In this document: positions 10,668 through 21,264 of the stretch, in pieces
Position numbering within the stretch: position 1 is the first letter of the stretch
Layout: every line of letters starts with the position of its first letter
Assembly (NCBI GenBank): GCA_963793425.1
Contig: CAWCAG010000005.1
Coordinates: forward strand, 2,080,001-2,144,000
DNA length: 64,000 bases
Origin: an uncultured cyanobacterium
GTDB taxonomy: Bacteria > Cyanobacteriota > Cyanobacteriia > Cyanobacteriales > CAWCAG01
Reading direction: 5' to 3'
Notes under the pieces: generated by a model
Databases searched by the model: none
What the model saw: only the letters and a program-made list of their open reading frames with translations
What the model was told of the DNA's origin: nothing
Translations under genes and position numbers: made by a program

Positions 10668-11206
10668 TGGCGGTAAGAATAGCTGGAAATAGACAACTAA
10701 AAACTTTACCAGGGCTAGAAACTCGTCCTACTTCTGCTAGGGTGAGATCAGCTTTGTTTAATATTTGGCAAGGTAGAATAGTGGGTTGCCGTTGGTTAGA
10801 TTTGTGTAGCGGTAGTGGGGCAATGGGGGCAGAAGCTTTGTGTAGAGAAGCAACTTATGTAATCGGAATTGAAAAATCCGGACGGGCTTGCAGCATTGTT
10901 AAGCAAAACTGGCAACAGGTGGCTCAACCACAGCAGGAATTTCGGGTTTTGCGGGGAGATGTGGTGTTAAAATTAAAAACCTTAGCAAAACAGCAGTTTG
11001 ACTGCATTTACTTCGACCCTCCCTACGCCAGCGATTTATATCAACCAGTCTTAGAAGCGATCGCTAACCATAACTTATTAACTCCCGGTGGAGAAATTGC
11101 TGTAGAACACAACCCAAAATTCTGGGCAGCTACACCCATAAACAACCTCACCATCTCCCGCCAAAAAACCTACGGCAAAACCAATCTAACTTTCTACAAT
11201 CAATGA
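10667..11206 (+). CDS. rsmD: 16S rRNA (guanine(966)-N2)-methyltransferase
   Basis: TRPT..RVR.ALFNI, LDLCSGSG, YFDPPY, KTYG. Confidence 0.93.
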   Translation: MAVRIAGNRQLKTLPGLETRPTSARVRSALFNIWQGRIVGCRWLDLCSGSGAMGAEALCREATYVIGIEKSGRACSIVKQNWQQVAQPQQEFRVLRGDVVLKLKTLAKQQFDCIYFDPPYASDLYQPVLEAIANHNLLTPGGEIAVEHNPKFWAATPINNLTISRQKTYGKTNLTFYNQ

Positions 11207-11264
11207 TCAATGATCATTGATCATTGATGTCTACGATAACGGCAAGCCAAACAATGATTGTTGA

Positions 11265-11381
11265 TCAATCGATTCCTAAATCGTTGCCACGCTTGTACTG
11301 CATATAAGCAGCAAAAAACAGACCAGCTAGGGTAACGGGTACTAAACCAAGAACCATGCCGAGTAACATCGGTTCAATCAT
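11265..11381 (-). CDS. petG: Cytochrome b6-f complex subunit V (38 aa; not in ORF track)
   Basis: Manual translation [38 protein letters not shown]. Confidence 0.95.
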   Translation of the reverse strand: MIEPMLLGMVLGLVPVTLAGLFFAAYMQYKRGNDLGID

Positions 11382-11626
11382 TTTATTGCTCCTTTGTCAT
11401 ACTTGTTCACCTAATTTCTTATCGTACTCGACAAGGGAGATTTCGCCTACAAATTAATAAGCATAAAAAGATTTCCCTTGCTTCCTTCCTCCATAAATTT
11501 TAAGCTATGTTTAGGAATCGAAATATTTAGAGAAGTTCTGTCATCCAGATTGCTTTTTTAATATATTGATTATTTCTGTTATTTTAAGATCCTCCATTTT
11601 TAAACTTGCCCCCTTGTTATGTGTCA

Positions 11627-11998
11627 GTGAACAATGAATTAACCCCAGAAACAATACCGGTACAGCGAATCATCTGGTTCGCCGTAGCAATTGCCTTGTT
11701 TATATTAGTCAGTATCTTTGCTGTCCAAGTTCGTACAGCAGATCCTTATATCCAAGAAGTCTTATCCATTCAAGGCGATACAGCCAAGGGTCATGCTATT
11801 TTCCAAATCAACTGTGCCGCTTGTCATGGAAGCCATGGTAATGGTCATGTTGGCCCCAGCCTGCACGACGTACCTAAGCGTAAGTCCAAAGCTGGTTTAA
11901 TACATCAAGTCGTTAGCGGCGACACCCCACCCATGCCCAAATTTCAACCTAATCCACAACAAATGGCAGATTTGTTGAGTTATTTGGAAAAGTTTTAG
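11627..11998 (+). CDS. cytM: Cytochrome cM-like c-type cytochrome
   Basis: N-terminal TM, CAACHG haem motif, GPSL, TPPMPKFQP; divergent from petG; start uncertain (11606-11627). Confidence 0.8.
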   Translation: MNNELTPETIPVQRIIWFAVAIALFILVSIFAVQVRTADPYIQEVLSIQGDTAKGHAIFQINCAACHGSHGNGHVGPSLHDVPKRKSKAGLIHQVVSGDTPPMPKFQPNPQQMADLLSYLEKF

Positions 11999-12042
11999 GG
12001 CTTTGGTTCAAAGCTTTCAAGTTTGATATTTATGGTGAGTAA

Positions 12043-12232
12043 TTAATCTAAGAGCATTTCTGGCAAACTTTTGATTACTCTATTGAAAGGCTCGGTATCG
12101 TCTAGAATTCTCACCAAAATTAATGCTCCTTGGATTTTGGTCATGGCATCTAGCGATCGCACTTTGGCAATTTCTGGTTCAATCCCCACATCTATCAAGA
12201 CTTGAGCTAATGTTTCGATTATCTGTTGCAAT
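12043..12232 (-). pseudogene. C-terminal remnant of a TetR/AcrR-family regulator
   Basis: IETLAQVL..GI...A...DAMTKIQGALILVRILDDTEPF.RVI..LP resembles a TetR C-terminal helix bundle; no HTH and no proper start. Confidence 0.6.
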
Positions 12233-12236
12233 CTTG

Positions 12237-12262
12237 TTTTGTACCGAACGCACGGTACAAAA
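12237..12262. promoter_or_regulatory. Palindromic operator (likely TetR-type)
   Basis: TTTTGTACCG-AACGCA-CGGTACAAAA, perfect 10-bp arms, 30 bp upstream of the VOC-GST start. Confidence 0.65.
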
Positions 12263-12292
12263 AACTGGATTTTCTCACGCAGGCTGAAAACC

Positions 12293-13315
12293 ATGAAAAT
12301 TATTGATTATGAACATATAGGTATTCGTGTTAGTGATCGCTTTGAAGCTCTAAAATTCTATGAAAAAATAGGATTTACCGAAGAAAGGTATTTTCCAAAA
12401 GACCAAGCAAGTGAGTTAGTTACAGCCGATGGTGTTTATCTTAATTTGATATTCAATGGAGCAAAACGTCATCGTAATATTCTCATGGATGAGCCTATCA
12501 AGTACCCAGGAGTTACTCACCCTGCCTTTATTGTTGACGATTTAGATCAACTGCTAAAAAAATTAGAACAAGAAAATATTCCAGTCACAGAAGGACCAAT
12601 TTATTTGGGAAAACGTCGTCGAGTTTGTTTCATCCGTGATCCTGATGGCAACGTATTAGAGTTCGATCAAATCTATCCATCTATTGCCAAACAAGATACT
12701 CAAAAGGTTTCGATCATGAAATTACACGACTTAGAGCTTTCGGGAAATTGTTACAAAATACGCTTATTTTTATCATTGCTGGATATTAAGTATGAGCTTG
12801 TGAGTGTTGATTTTATGGCTGGACAACACAAATCATCAGAATTTTTGCAATTAAATCCTTTGGGACAAATTCCTGTGTTAGAAGATGACGATCTAATTTT
12901 GAGAGACTCTCAAGCAATTCTAGTTTACCTAGCTAAAAAATATGGCGGAGAAGCTTGGTTTCCTAGCGATTCAGCAGGAATGGCGCAAGTAACTCAATGG
13001 TTATCAATAGCAACAAACGAAATTGCCCGTAGCTGTAATGATGCAAGGCTTAATCAGAAGTTTGGTTTTGCCGTTGACTTAGAAGCAGCCCAACAGAAAG
13101 CAGAGTCGATTCTCAATATAATTGAACAACATTTAAAGCAACGTCAATGGTTAGCTTTAGATCGTCCTACTATTGCGGATATCGCTTGTTTCCCCTATAT
13201 TGCTTTGTCACCGGAAGGCGGTATTTTTTTAGATAAATATTTAGCCATCAATCAATGGTGTGATCGCATTAAAAAACTACCATTGTTTATGGGAATGCCG
13301 GGAATAACTATGTAA
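12293..13315 (+). CDS. VOC/glyoxalase-glutathione S-transferase fusion
   Basis: HIGIRV, HPAFIV, FIRDPDGNVLEF (VOC); then MKLHDLELSGNCYKIRL, NPLGQIPVL, DSQAIL, TIADIA (GST). Confidence 0.88.
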   Translation: MKIIDYEHIGIRVSDRFEALKFYEKIGFTEERYFPKDQASELVTADGVYLNLIFNGAKRHRNILMDEPIKYPGVTHPAFIVDDLDQLLKKLEQENIPVTEGPIYLGKRRRVCFIRDPDGNVLEFDQIYPSIAKQDTQKVSIMKLHDLELSGNCYKIRLFLSLLDIKYELVSVDFMAGQHKSSEFLQLNPLGQIPVLEDDDLILRDSQAILVYLAKKYGGEAWFPSDSAGMAQVTQWLSIATNEIARSCNDARLNQKFGFAVDLEAAQQKAESILNIIEQHLKQRQWLALDRPTIADIACFPYIALSPEGGIFLDKYLAINQWCDRIKKLPLFMGMPGITM

Positions 13316-13342
13316 TTAAAAACTACTATAAACATTTGACGA

Positions 13343-15067
13343 TTATTGAAACTGTCTAGCATGGAAAGTTGCATAACGCCCTTCTTTAGTTAATAACTCT
13401 TCATGAGTGCCAGATTCAACAATTTGCCCCTTTTCTAACACTAAAATGCGGGTTGCACTGCGGACAGTTGCTAGGCGGTGGGCGATGACAAAGACGGTGC
13501 GATCTTCCATAATGCGTTGCAAAGCCTCTTGTACCAAAGCTTCTGATTCTGAATCTAATGCAGAGGTAGCTTCATCTAAAATTAAGATGCGGGGATTTAG
13601 TAAAACTGCACGGGCGATCGCAATTCTTTGTTTTTGTCCCCCGGAAAGGTTAACTCCCCTTTCTCCTACATAGGTATGGTAGCCTTGAGAAAATTGGCTG
13701 ATGAATTGGTGGGCGTTGGCTATTTTAGCGGCAGATTCGATGTCTTTGAGGTTATACTCTGTTTGTCCGAAGGCAATATTTTGGGCAATGGTTCCGGAAA
13801 AGAGGATCGTTTCTTGGGGAACAATACCAATTTGGCGACGGAGGCTTTTTAAAGTTACTTTTTGAATATCAATACCATCAAGGAGAATTTGACCTCCTTG
13901 GGGATCATAGAAGCGGGGTAGGAGGTTGATAATGGTGGTTTTTCCTGCCCCGGAAGATCCGACTAAAGCGATGGTGTCTCCTGGATGGGCGAGGAAGCTG
14001 AGGTTTTGTAAGACTGGTTGATTGCTGTGGTAAGCGAAGTTAATGTTTTGGTACTGCACCTTCCCGGTTACATTAGGGAGGTTGTTTGCTTCAGGGTGTT
14101 CTTTTACTGTTGGTTCAATAGCGACAAGTTCAAATACCCGATCTACTGAAGCTTCCCCTTCTTTAAACTCATTGTAGTTACTGGTGGTAATGGCAATAGG
14201 ATCAATTAATAAAGCAACGGCAGCGATGTAAGCAACGAAATCGCTACCGGTTAAGTTACCTTGAGAAATTTGCCATCCCCCCAAGAAAAAGAGCAAAATT
14301 ACACTCATGGCTTCGAGGAAACCAACAGCAACGAATTGAAAGGCTTTCACTTTTTCGGCTAAATACTTGGCACGGCGATTTTGTTCTGCTTCTTGGGCAA
14401 AGCGTTGAATTTCATAATCTTCTGCTGCAAAAGCTTTGACTAAACGAATACCGCTAAATACTTCTGTGAGGAGGGAAGAGAGGTTGGAAATGCGATTTTG
14501 ACTACGGCGGGAAAATTTAAGTAATCTTTCTCCGAATGCCCCAATTAAAATTGCCATTGCTGGGGCAATAATCAGGGCAGCAAGGGTTAATTGCCAGTTG
14601 AGGTAAAACATATAACCCAAAACTACGATCAGTTGCAAGACACAAGGTACAAACTGATGGAATATTTTGTTAATCACTTCCCCCACCCGATCTGTATCTT
14701 CAGTGAGGCGATAGGCTAAGTCGCCTGTTTTGGCAGTTTCAAAATAATCAAGGCTTAGTTGTTGCAAATGAGAGTAAACCTGCTTGCGTAAGTTAAGGGA
14801 GATTTTCAAGGCCGCTTTGGCCATTAAAGCATCTTGCCCATATTGCACAGCACCCCGAATTAAGAAAATAACCGCAGCCACTCCTGCTAATTGTGCGATC
14901 GCCTGAATATTTCCTTCCCCAATGTAGCCAGCCATCCTCCCGGCTAACCAAGCTAAAATGGGCCAAAATACTGTGAAGGCTAAGGTACAACTTAAGGCTT
15001 TAACAATCGTACTTGTTTGAGAACGTATTTGCGGTAAAAGTAACCAATAACTAGAGCGTTTTTGCAT
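13343..15067 (-). CDS. ABC exporter, fused permease/ATPase (MsbA-like)
   Basis: TM domain plus GSSGAGKT, LSGGQKQR, ILDEATSALD. Confidence 0.95.
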   Translation of the reverse strand: MQKRSSYWLLLPQIRSQTSTIVKALSCTLAFTVFWPILAWLAGRMAGYIGEGNIQAIAQLAGVAAVIFLIRGAVQYGQDALMAKAALKISLNLRKQVYSHLQQLSLDYFETAKTGDLAYRLTEDTDRVGEVINKIFHQFVPCVLQLIVVLGYMFYLNWQLTLAALIIAPAMAILIGAFGERLLKFSRRSQNRISNLSSLLTEVFSGIRLVKAFAAEDYEIQRFAQEAEQNRRAKYLAEKVKAFQFVAVGFLEAMSVILLFFLGGWQISQGNLTGSDFVAYIAAVALLIDPIAITTSNYNEFKEGEASVDRVFELVAIEPTVKEHPEANNLPNVTGKVQYQNINFAYHSNQPVLQNLSFLAHPGDTIALVGSSGAGKTTIINLLPRFYDPQGGQILLDGIDIQKVTLKSLRRQIGIVPQETILFSGTIAQNIAFGQTEYNLKDIESAAKIANAHQFISQFSQGYHTYVGERGVNLSGGQKQRIAIARAVLLNPRILILDEATSALDSESEALVQEALQRIMEDRTVFVIAHRLATVRSATRILVLEKGQIVESGTHEELLTKEGRYATFHARQFQ

Positions 15068-15083
15068 AACCTTCTTTACTTAT

Positions 15084-15212
15084 TTCCATGTCGTTTATTT
15101 TGAATCCACTGAAGATTTAGATATTGCTGATATTGATATTAGCGATATTTTGCTGGCGATCGCTCGCCGGGTAAGTGAAAGTTTGGAAGCAGCCAAAGTT
15201 CATTTAAAGTAG
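15084..15212 (+). pseudogene. Internal fragment of a cyanobacterial P-loop ATPase gene
   Basis: Startless frame FHVVYFESTEDLDIADIDISDILLAIARRVSESLEAAKVHLK*, resembling the segment after Walker A in a common cyanobacterial ATPase family. Confidence 0.55.
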
Positions 15213-15385
15213 AGTCTGTCGAAAGTTTAGTAGAAGGCTTGGACAAACTGTTAAATAGAGGTTGCCTATGATTAAGGCATATTTGACTAACTACCCGGAG
15301 AAGAATGTTTGGGAAGGGGGCAAGTTGTGTCCAGGAATTATTGAAAAGTACTGAATGGGGAGCGATCGCAGATACCGCCAAGGAT

Positions 15386-15583
15386 TAAAATTCTTGGCTC
15401 ATAGCTTAAGTCATCTCCAAGATGACTCGGAAAATAACCATTGGGGTAAAATAATACTATTCCTTCTCAAGTACGTAGGCAAATCTTAACCCCCTTCAGT
15501 AAATCCCCCACCTAGCCACAACCATAAAACCCTTAGTCATGTTCAGATGACTTTAGCTGTGAGCCACAGAATTTATTCTGGGG
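15386..15583. repeat. REP-like inverted-repeat element
   Basis: Left TGGCTCATAGCTTAAGTCATCTCCAAGATGACT and right AGTCATGTTCAGATGACTTTAGCTGTGAGCCA are imperfect reverse complements, each holding its own AGTCAT..ATGACT hairpin; right end continues CAGAATTTATTCTG. Confidence 0.65.
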
Positions 15584-15629
15584 GAGATTGTTCTAATGCC
15601 CAAGAATTTTGTTTATATACAATTGCTAT

Positions 15630-16304
15630 ATGCTAAAAAGAATTGCTTTAATTTGCTTATTCCTTACCTTCGGAATCTGCGGCGCATTTTACTATTATTG
15701 GAGTCAGTTTACTAAAATTCCTCAATGGTATAGCGAAGCAGAAGAAAGTGCGCTCCCAACTGATGCTCCTACTACTCAAGCAAATAAACAACAAGTACAA
15801 AGTAAAATTGCTAGTCAAATTCAACCTCAAATTGGTAATGGAGAAGTTGAGGTTAAATTAAATCCAGAAGATGTTAATGAGCTTTTGGTTGCTAATATCG
15901 CTAGGAATAAAAAAGGTAGTGCTTTGTTGCAAACGACCAAAGGGGTAAGAACAACTATTAGAGATGATTCTGTAGAAATTGGGGCGGTGGTTAATACGGC
16001 GGAACTTAGTCAGCAAGAAGCAAAGATTGAACAAGCAATTGCTAAGTTTCCTCTTCTCAAAAATCGTGATATTTATGTCGCAGTTGAAGGCCAGCCGACA
16101 GCAATTAATGGGCAGTTACAATTTGATGAGAATACTTTGATTAAAGTAGGTAATCTTAGTATGACAGTTACCGAAACTGCCCAAAGGTTAGGAGTTTCTC
16201 CAGATAAACTTTTACGCAATTTAACTGTTAAATCAGAATTAATTCAAGTTCAGGATATTGAATTTGGTAATGAAGAAATTATTTTTAAAGGTAATAGAAA
16301 TTGA
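15630..16304 (+). CDS. Hypothetical membrane-anchored protein
   Basis: 224-aa ORF with N-terminal TM; ATG 15630 preferred. Confidence 0.75.
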   Translation: MLKRIALICLFLTFGICGAFYYYWSQFTKIPQWYSEAEESALPTDAPTTQANKQQVQSKIASQIQPQIGNGEVEVKLNPEDVNELLVANIARNKKGSALLQTTKGVRTTIRDDSVEIGAVVNTAELSQQEAKIEQAIAKFPLLKNRDIYVAVEGQPTAINGQLQFDENTLIKVGNLSMTVTETAQRLGVSPDKLLRNLTVKSELIQVQDIEFGNEEIIFKGNRN

Positions 16305-16331
16305 GTTTTCCTAGAAGCAATAGGTGAAATA

Positions 16332-16480
16332 TTGGTAGATTTTTTAATTAGACCAGGAATCAAGCAAGATTTTGCTACAGTTGCCTCTATTTATAATGAG
16401 TCTATCGCTGCGGAAAATAGTACTATGGATGAGGATTTCTATACGGCTGAAAATGTAGGATCGCTAGTAGATAAATTTAA
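16332..16480 (+). pseudogene. 5' fragment of a GNAT (phosphinothricin-acetyltransferase-like) gene
   Basis: LIRPG...D...VASIYNESI....STMD typical N-terminus, similarity lost after ~50 aa. Confidence 0.6.
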
Positions 16481-17290
16481 TGTTTTACAAACAGCTTTAC
16501 TGATGAATTATTATCTAAGTACACCAAATCAAATATTACAAATATATCCAATAGTAGTAACATAAAAGTAGTAAACAATGTTGGTTTTGACTATACTCAG
16601 ACACGCGAGCTATTCCTAGATTTATTTGAGTCAAACTTTCCTAAATTACGAAAAGTTGCTGTAGAAGAAGCTGGAATTAGAGTACAAGCATTCCTCCAAA
16701 AATTCTTTGGTGAAGCTTCGCGTTATCTCAAATCTGAAGATATAGATTACTTTAAAGAACCTGATTTTCAGTTTATTTTATATAGTGCAATTGAATCGGC
16801 AGCCAGAAGAGATTCTGCAACTTTAAGAAGTGTTCTTGCTTCCCTGTTGATTAAAACAATTAAGACCGGAAACGCAGAAGCAAAACAACAAATTTATAAA
16901 GAAGCAATAGCTGCAGCAGGTCGATTATCAATAAAGCAATTAAAGTTTATTACTTTAAATTTTCTTCTGTATCATCAAATTTTTAAGATAAAAGCAGAAT
17001 CTTGGCTTGATTTAGAGAGTTATTTTGAGAACAAAGTTAAGGCATTTATAGATGTTTCCAATGCTTATGCTACATATGCTGATGTTTGTCACATCGCTCA
17101 ATGTTGCCAGTGCAGCTTCTCTTTTTCTAATATTGCCTCATCTCATAGTCTTGAAAAAGCAGGACATAATTACGCTAATATGTTTCTCTATAAAGATAAA
17201 GAGCTTGCACTTATACTTACTCAAAAAGATGACTTTATGGTGGGTGACGAAGAAAATGTCAATGATTTTATGAACAGATCAAACAGCTAG
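16481..17290 (+). pseudogene. Startless fragment resembling LPO_1073/Vpar_1526-family proteins
   Basis: Frame open from 16481: ...ELFLDLFESNFPKLRKVA...FKEPDFQFILYSAIESAARRD....LASLL...EAIAAAGRLSIKQL; no ATG. Confidence 0.55.
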
Positions 17291-17382
17291 GAAAAGAAAG
17301 TCCTTCAAAGTAGGAAAAAATAAACCTGACCTCCGCTAGATATGTCAGTATGTAATTTTAACCTCTTAAGCAAATCCTCGAA

Positions 17383-19209
17383 ATGATAGGTAAGTTACTC
17401 GACGGGCGATACCAAGTTGTTAAAGTATTAGGTGCAGGTGGTTTTGGCAAAACCTATGTTGCTCAAGACACCCGGCGGCCAGGTAATCCTGTTTGTGTTG
17501 TCAAACAACTTGAACCCGCTACCAGAGATGCTAACTTCTTACTCGCAGCGAGACGCTTGTTTAATACCGAAGCTGAAAGCCTGGAAAAGGTGGGCAACCA
17601 TCCTCAAATTCCCAGATTATTAGCTTATTTTGAAGAAAATCAGGAATTTTATTTAGTCCAAGATTTCATTGACGGCCACAATCTCTCCGATGAATTAATC
17701 CCCGGAAAACCTTGGGCAGAAACAAAAGTTAAGGGACTTCTGCAAAACGTCTTACCAATTTTAGATTTTGTCCATAAACAAGGAGTCATTCACCGAGATG
17801 TTAAGCCCGATAACTTACTACGCAGGAAAGCAGATAACCAGATAGTTTTAGTGGATTTTGGTGCGGTTAAGCAAATCAGCAATCAAACCTTACTCATCGA
17901 CAAATCCGTAACTAAAACTGTTGCTGTGGGAACTCCTGGTTATATGCCTAGTGAACAAGCTAGGGGACAACCCCGTCCCAATAGTGACATTTATGCCTTG
18001 GGGGTGATTGCTGTCCAAGCCCTCATTGGCATCCAACCTATGGCATTTCAATATGACCCCCACACAGGAGAAATTCTCTGGCAACATTTAGCTCAGGTTA
18101 GCCCCGAATTAGGGACAATCTTAAAAGGTATGGTTATGTACCATTTCCGCGATCGCTATCAATCAGCAGCGGAAGTTTTGCAACGACTTGAACAACTTAA
18201 TTCTGGCATCACCTCCCCTACTTCTCCTCGTGTTTATCAGCCAGAAGTTCCCAATAACTCTCTCCCTAAGCTTCCTACCTATAATCCTCCTACCCAACCA
18301 CCTTTATCGCAAAAGCAAACCTTAGCTGCCACACCAGCCAGACAACCAACTTCCCCCCCAACATCCATACCTTCATCCATCGGCCCAAACCGCCCCGACA
18401 GCGCCCCCCTAGTCTTAGGAAGCTTACTGGCTATCTTTGTGGCAGCGGGGGTTGGTATCGCTTTCGCAGCTAGGGAGCAAATAGTTTCTTTATTCCCAGA
18501 AGATGGTAGCTTAATTGGAAACACTACCGAAAAGTGTACAGTAACTGCCCAACCAGCCTTAAACATTCGTAACAATCCCAACGTTAACGGAGAACAAGTG
18601 GGGGAAGTTAAAAATGGCACTAAGGTTTCTCTTTCTGGTAACAAAGAAGGAAAATGGGTAGAAATCAAAAAGCCCCGTGGCGGCTGGGTGTATAGCGACT
18701 ACTTAAATTGTGGGGCTGAAGTAGAACCTGTAACTACAGTAAATCCTACACCAAAACCATCTCCCTCCCCTACTCCTAAGCCAACACCCAAACCTAAACC
18801 AGTTGATAATGGCAATGCCATACTTGCAGCAGCTAGAGAAAAGTATCAACAAGGAGATTTACCAGGGGCAATTAGAGAATTAAGTTCTATACCTGTCAAT
18901 AGTTCCGCTTATCAAGAAGCCCAAAGAAGTATTGAAACTTGGCGTAACGATTGGGACAATGCAAAAGCACAATTTGAACAGGCACAAGCTGCTTTTGATC
19001 GGGGAGATTGGGATGAAGCGATCGCTGCTAAAAATAGCGCCTCAGATAATCCCTATTGGAACAAAAAGTTGGAAAATTTAGCCAACAAAGCCAGTCAGCG
19101 TAAAGCCAAAGAAGAAGAAGCGAAAAATCAAGAACCAGAAATTCCAGAAGCCCCCCCTCTGGAGAAGGAACCTAAGCCGGAATCAGAAGAGAAAAGGGAT
19201 TCTGAATAA
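17383..19209 (+). CDS. Hanks-type Ser/Thr protein kinase with TM, bacterial SH3 domain and Pro-rich linkers
   Basis: LGAGGFG, VVK, HRDVKPDN, DFG, GTPGYMPSE; LNIRNNP...WVEI...GWVYSDYL (SH3b). Confidence 0.95.
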   Translation: MIGKLLDGRYQVVKVLGAGGFGKTYVAQDTRRPGNPVCVVKQLEPATRDANFLLAARRLFNTEAESLEKVGNHPQIPRLLAYFEENQEFYLVQDFIDGHNLSDELIPGKPWAETKVKGLLQNVLPILDFVHKQGVIHRDVKPDNLLRRKADNQIVLVDFGAVKQISNQTLLIDKSVTKTVAVGTPGYMPSEQARGQPRPNSDIYALGVIAVQALIGIQPMAFQYDPHTGEILWQHLAQVSPELGTILKGMVMYHFRDRYQSAAEVLQRLEQLNSGITSPTSPRVYQPEVPNNSLPKLPTYNPPTQPPLSQKQTLAATPARQPTSPPTSIPSSIGPNRPDSAPLVLGSLLAIFVAAGVGIAFAAREQIVSLFPEDGSLIGNTTEKCTVTAQPALNIRNNPNVNGEQVGEVKNGTKVSLSGNKEGKWVEIKKPRGGWVYSDYLNCGAEVEPVTTVNPTPKPSPSPTPKPTPKPKPVDNGNAILAAAREKYQQGDLPGAIRELSSIPVNSSAYQEAQRSIETWRNDWDNAKAQFEQAQAAFDRGDWDEAIAAKNSASDNPYWNKKLENLANKASQRKAKEEEAKNQEPEIPEAPPLEKEPKPESEEKRDSE

Positions 19210-19303
19210 TTGAACTTAAGTTAAGAAAATAGGTTGCTCTTGGTTCTATTCTTCATCCCTAACGATATGATGATCTATAAAATCAGAATTATTAAAAATT
19301 ACT

Positions 19304-19825
19304 ATGCCGAGAACTCAACGTAACGATAACTTCATTGATAAAAGCTTTACGGTTATGGCAGATATCATCCTCAAAGTCATGCCCACCAACAAACAGTCTA
19401 AAGAAGCTTTTGCTTACTATCGAGATGGCATGGCAGCCCAAGCTGATGGAGAATATGCAGAAGCTTTGGATAATTATTATGAAGCCCTTAAACTTGAAGA
19501 AGATGCCAACGATCGCAGTTATATTCTCTACAACATTGGTTTAATCAAAGCTAGTAACGGTGAACATGAGGAGGCTTTAGGATACTATAACGAAGCTATC
19601 GATCTCAATCCTCGTATGCCCCAAGCACTAAATAATATTGCGGTTATTTATCATCATCTTGGGGAACAAGCTAGGGCTAATGGGCAGAGTGATGAAGCAG
19701 AAGCCTTTTATGTTCGGGCGGCTGAATATTGGAAACAAGCCATTCGTTTAGCACCTAATAACTATATTGAAGCTCAAAACTGGCTGAAAATTACCGGACG
19801 CTCAGAAATGGATGTCTTTTTCTAA
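19304..19825 (+). CDS. ycf3: Photosystem I assembly protein Ycf3
   Basis: [47 protein letters not shown]. Confidence 0.98.
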   Translation: MPRTQRNDNFIDKSFTVMADIILKVMPTNKQSKEAFAYYRDGMAAQADGEYAEALDNYYEALKLEEDANDRSYILYNIGLIKASNGEHEEALGYYNEAIDLNPRMPQALNNIAVIYHHLGEQARANGQSDEAEAFYVRAAEYWKQAIRLAPNNYIEAQNWLKITGRSEMDVFF

Positions 19826-19853
19826 ATCCAAACAAGTAAGAGAATTGCTATAA

Positions 19854-20150
19854 ATGATTGACCGCGAAGAAGTGAAAAAAGTGGCTAATTTAGCTCGTTT
19901 AGCTATTACCACAGAAGAAGAAGGAGAATTTGCTACTCAGTTGAGCGATATTCTAGAATACTTTGAACAACTTAGTGAATTAGATACTAAGGAGGTTACT
20001 CCTACTACTAGGGCAATTGATACTAGCAATATTACTCGCCCTGATGAATTAGAACCCTTTGACCAAAAAGAATCACTCTTAGAAGAAGCCCCGGATCGCA
20101 ATGACGAATTTTTCCGAGTGCCAAGGATTTTGAATACAGAAGAAGGTTAG
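19854..20150 (+). CDS. gatC: Asp/Glu-tRNA amidotransferase subunit C
   Basis: EVKKVANLARL, ILEYFEQLSELDT, FFRVPRI. Confidence 0.96.
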   Translation: MIDREEVKKVANLARLAITTEEEGEFATQLSDILEYFEQLSELDTKEVTPTTRAIDTSNITRPDELEPFDQKESLLEEAPDRNDEFFRVPRILNTEEG

Positions 20151-20278
20151 TACTCAGTCTGCTTATCTTCAGGAAAAACAACATCTTAGATATACGGCTT
20201 GCTGTTGCCGCACTCCATCATTGATAATTAGTCATTGGTCATTGAAGAGCGCGATCGCGTAAAATTAGGTATAACTTG

Positions 20279-21133
20279 ATGAGCGAGCAAGAAAATTCAC
20301 ATCAGCAGGAGGAGAAAATCCCACCTTCGATGGCTGCATCTAAACCCAAATTCCGCCTTTCTTGGCAGGCTCTATTTTCCCTGCTAATGTTCTTCTATAT
20401 GTACCTACCTATTTTGGTACTAACTTTTTATAGTTTCAATAAATCAGCTTACAGTTCTGGTTGGGAAGGTTTTTCTCTAAAATGGTATCAACAACTCTTC
20501 CAAGATGGACGCATACTCAGAGCCTTACAAAATAGCTTAGTTGTCGCCTTCGTAGCAGTAGGAATTTCTGCTGTTTTAGGAACATTAATGGCCGTAGGTT
20601 TAGCCCGTTATCGTTTCCCTGGCAAAACCTTATATAGAGGTATTGCTTACTTACCCTTAATTGTCCCTGATATTGCGATCGCTGTAGCAACTTTAGTCTT
20701 TCTGGCAGTGGTAAGTATTCCCCTCAGTTTATGGACGATTGTCGCGGCCCATGTGGTATTTTGCTTAGCATATGTTGCTATTGTCGTTTCTTCCCGTCTT
20801 GCCACTCTAGATCCTCATTTAGAAGAAGCAGCTTTAGACTTGGGGGCAACTCCTATTGAAGCTTTTCTTAAAGTTCTCTTACCGGAATTAATGCCAGCAA
20901 TTATTGCTGGTTGCCTACTTTCCTTTGTCCTGAGTATGGACGATTTTCTCATCTCCAGCTTCACCGCTGGAACCGGGGCAACCACCCTCCCCATGGAAAT
21001 TTTCAGCCGTATTCGCACAGGGGTCAAACCGGATATCAATGCCCTCAGCGTATTATTAATCCTCGGTTCAGGAATGGTTGCTTTTGCAGCAGAGTATATG
21101 CGCTATCGTATGGAGAAAAAGCGGTTTAATTAG
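20279..21133 (+). CDS. potC: Spermidine/putrescine ABC transporter permease (PotC-like)
   Basis: YLPILVL.FYSFN, LEEAALDLGA, SMDDF, TTLP.EI...R.GV.P.INA. Confidence 0.85.
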   Translation: MSEQENSHQQEEKIPPSMAASKPKFRLSWQALFSLLMFFYMYLPILVLTFYSFNKSAYSSGWEGFSLKWYQQLFQDGRILRALQNSLVVAFVAVGISAVLGTLMAVGLARYRFPGKTLYRGIAYLPLIVPDIAIAVATLVFLAVVSIPLSLWTIVAAHVVFCLAYVAIVVSSRLATLDPHLEEAALDLGATPIEAFLKVLLPELMPAIIAGCLLSFVLSMDDFLISSFTAGTGATTLPMEIFSRIRTGVKPDINALSVLLILGSGMVAFAAEYMRYRMEKKRFN

Positions 21134-21264
21134 CTGAGGGAAAGCCGAACATAACCAAGGTAGCGAATATCAAAACCACCAATATCAAGAAAAGTCTTTT
21201 TCTTGATAGCAAAAGATAAAGACCAAAATCATTCATTAGGTACGGCGAGAATATCAATTAGAAG

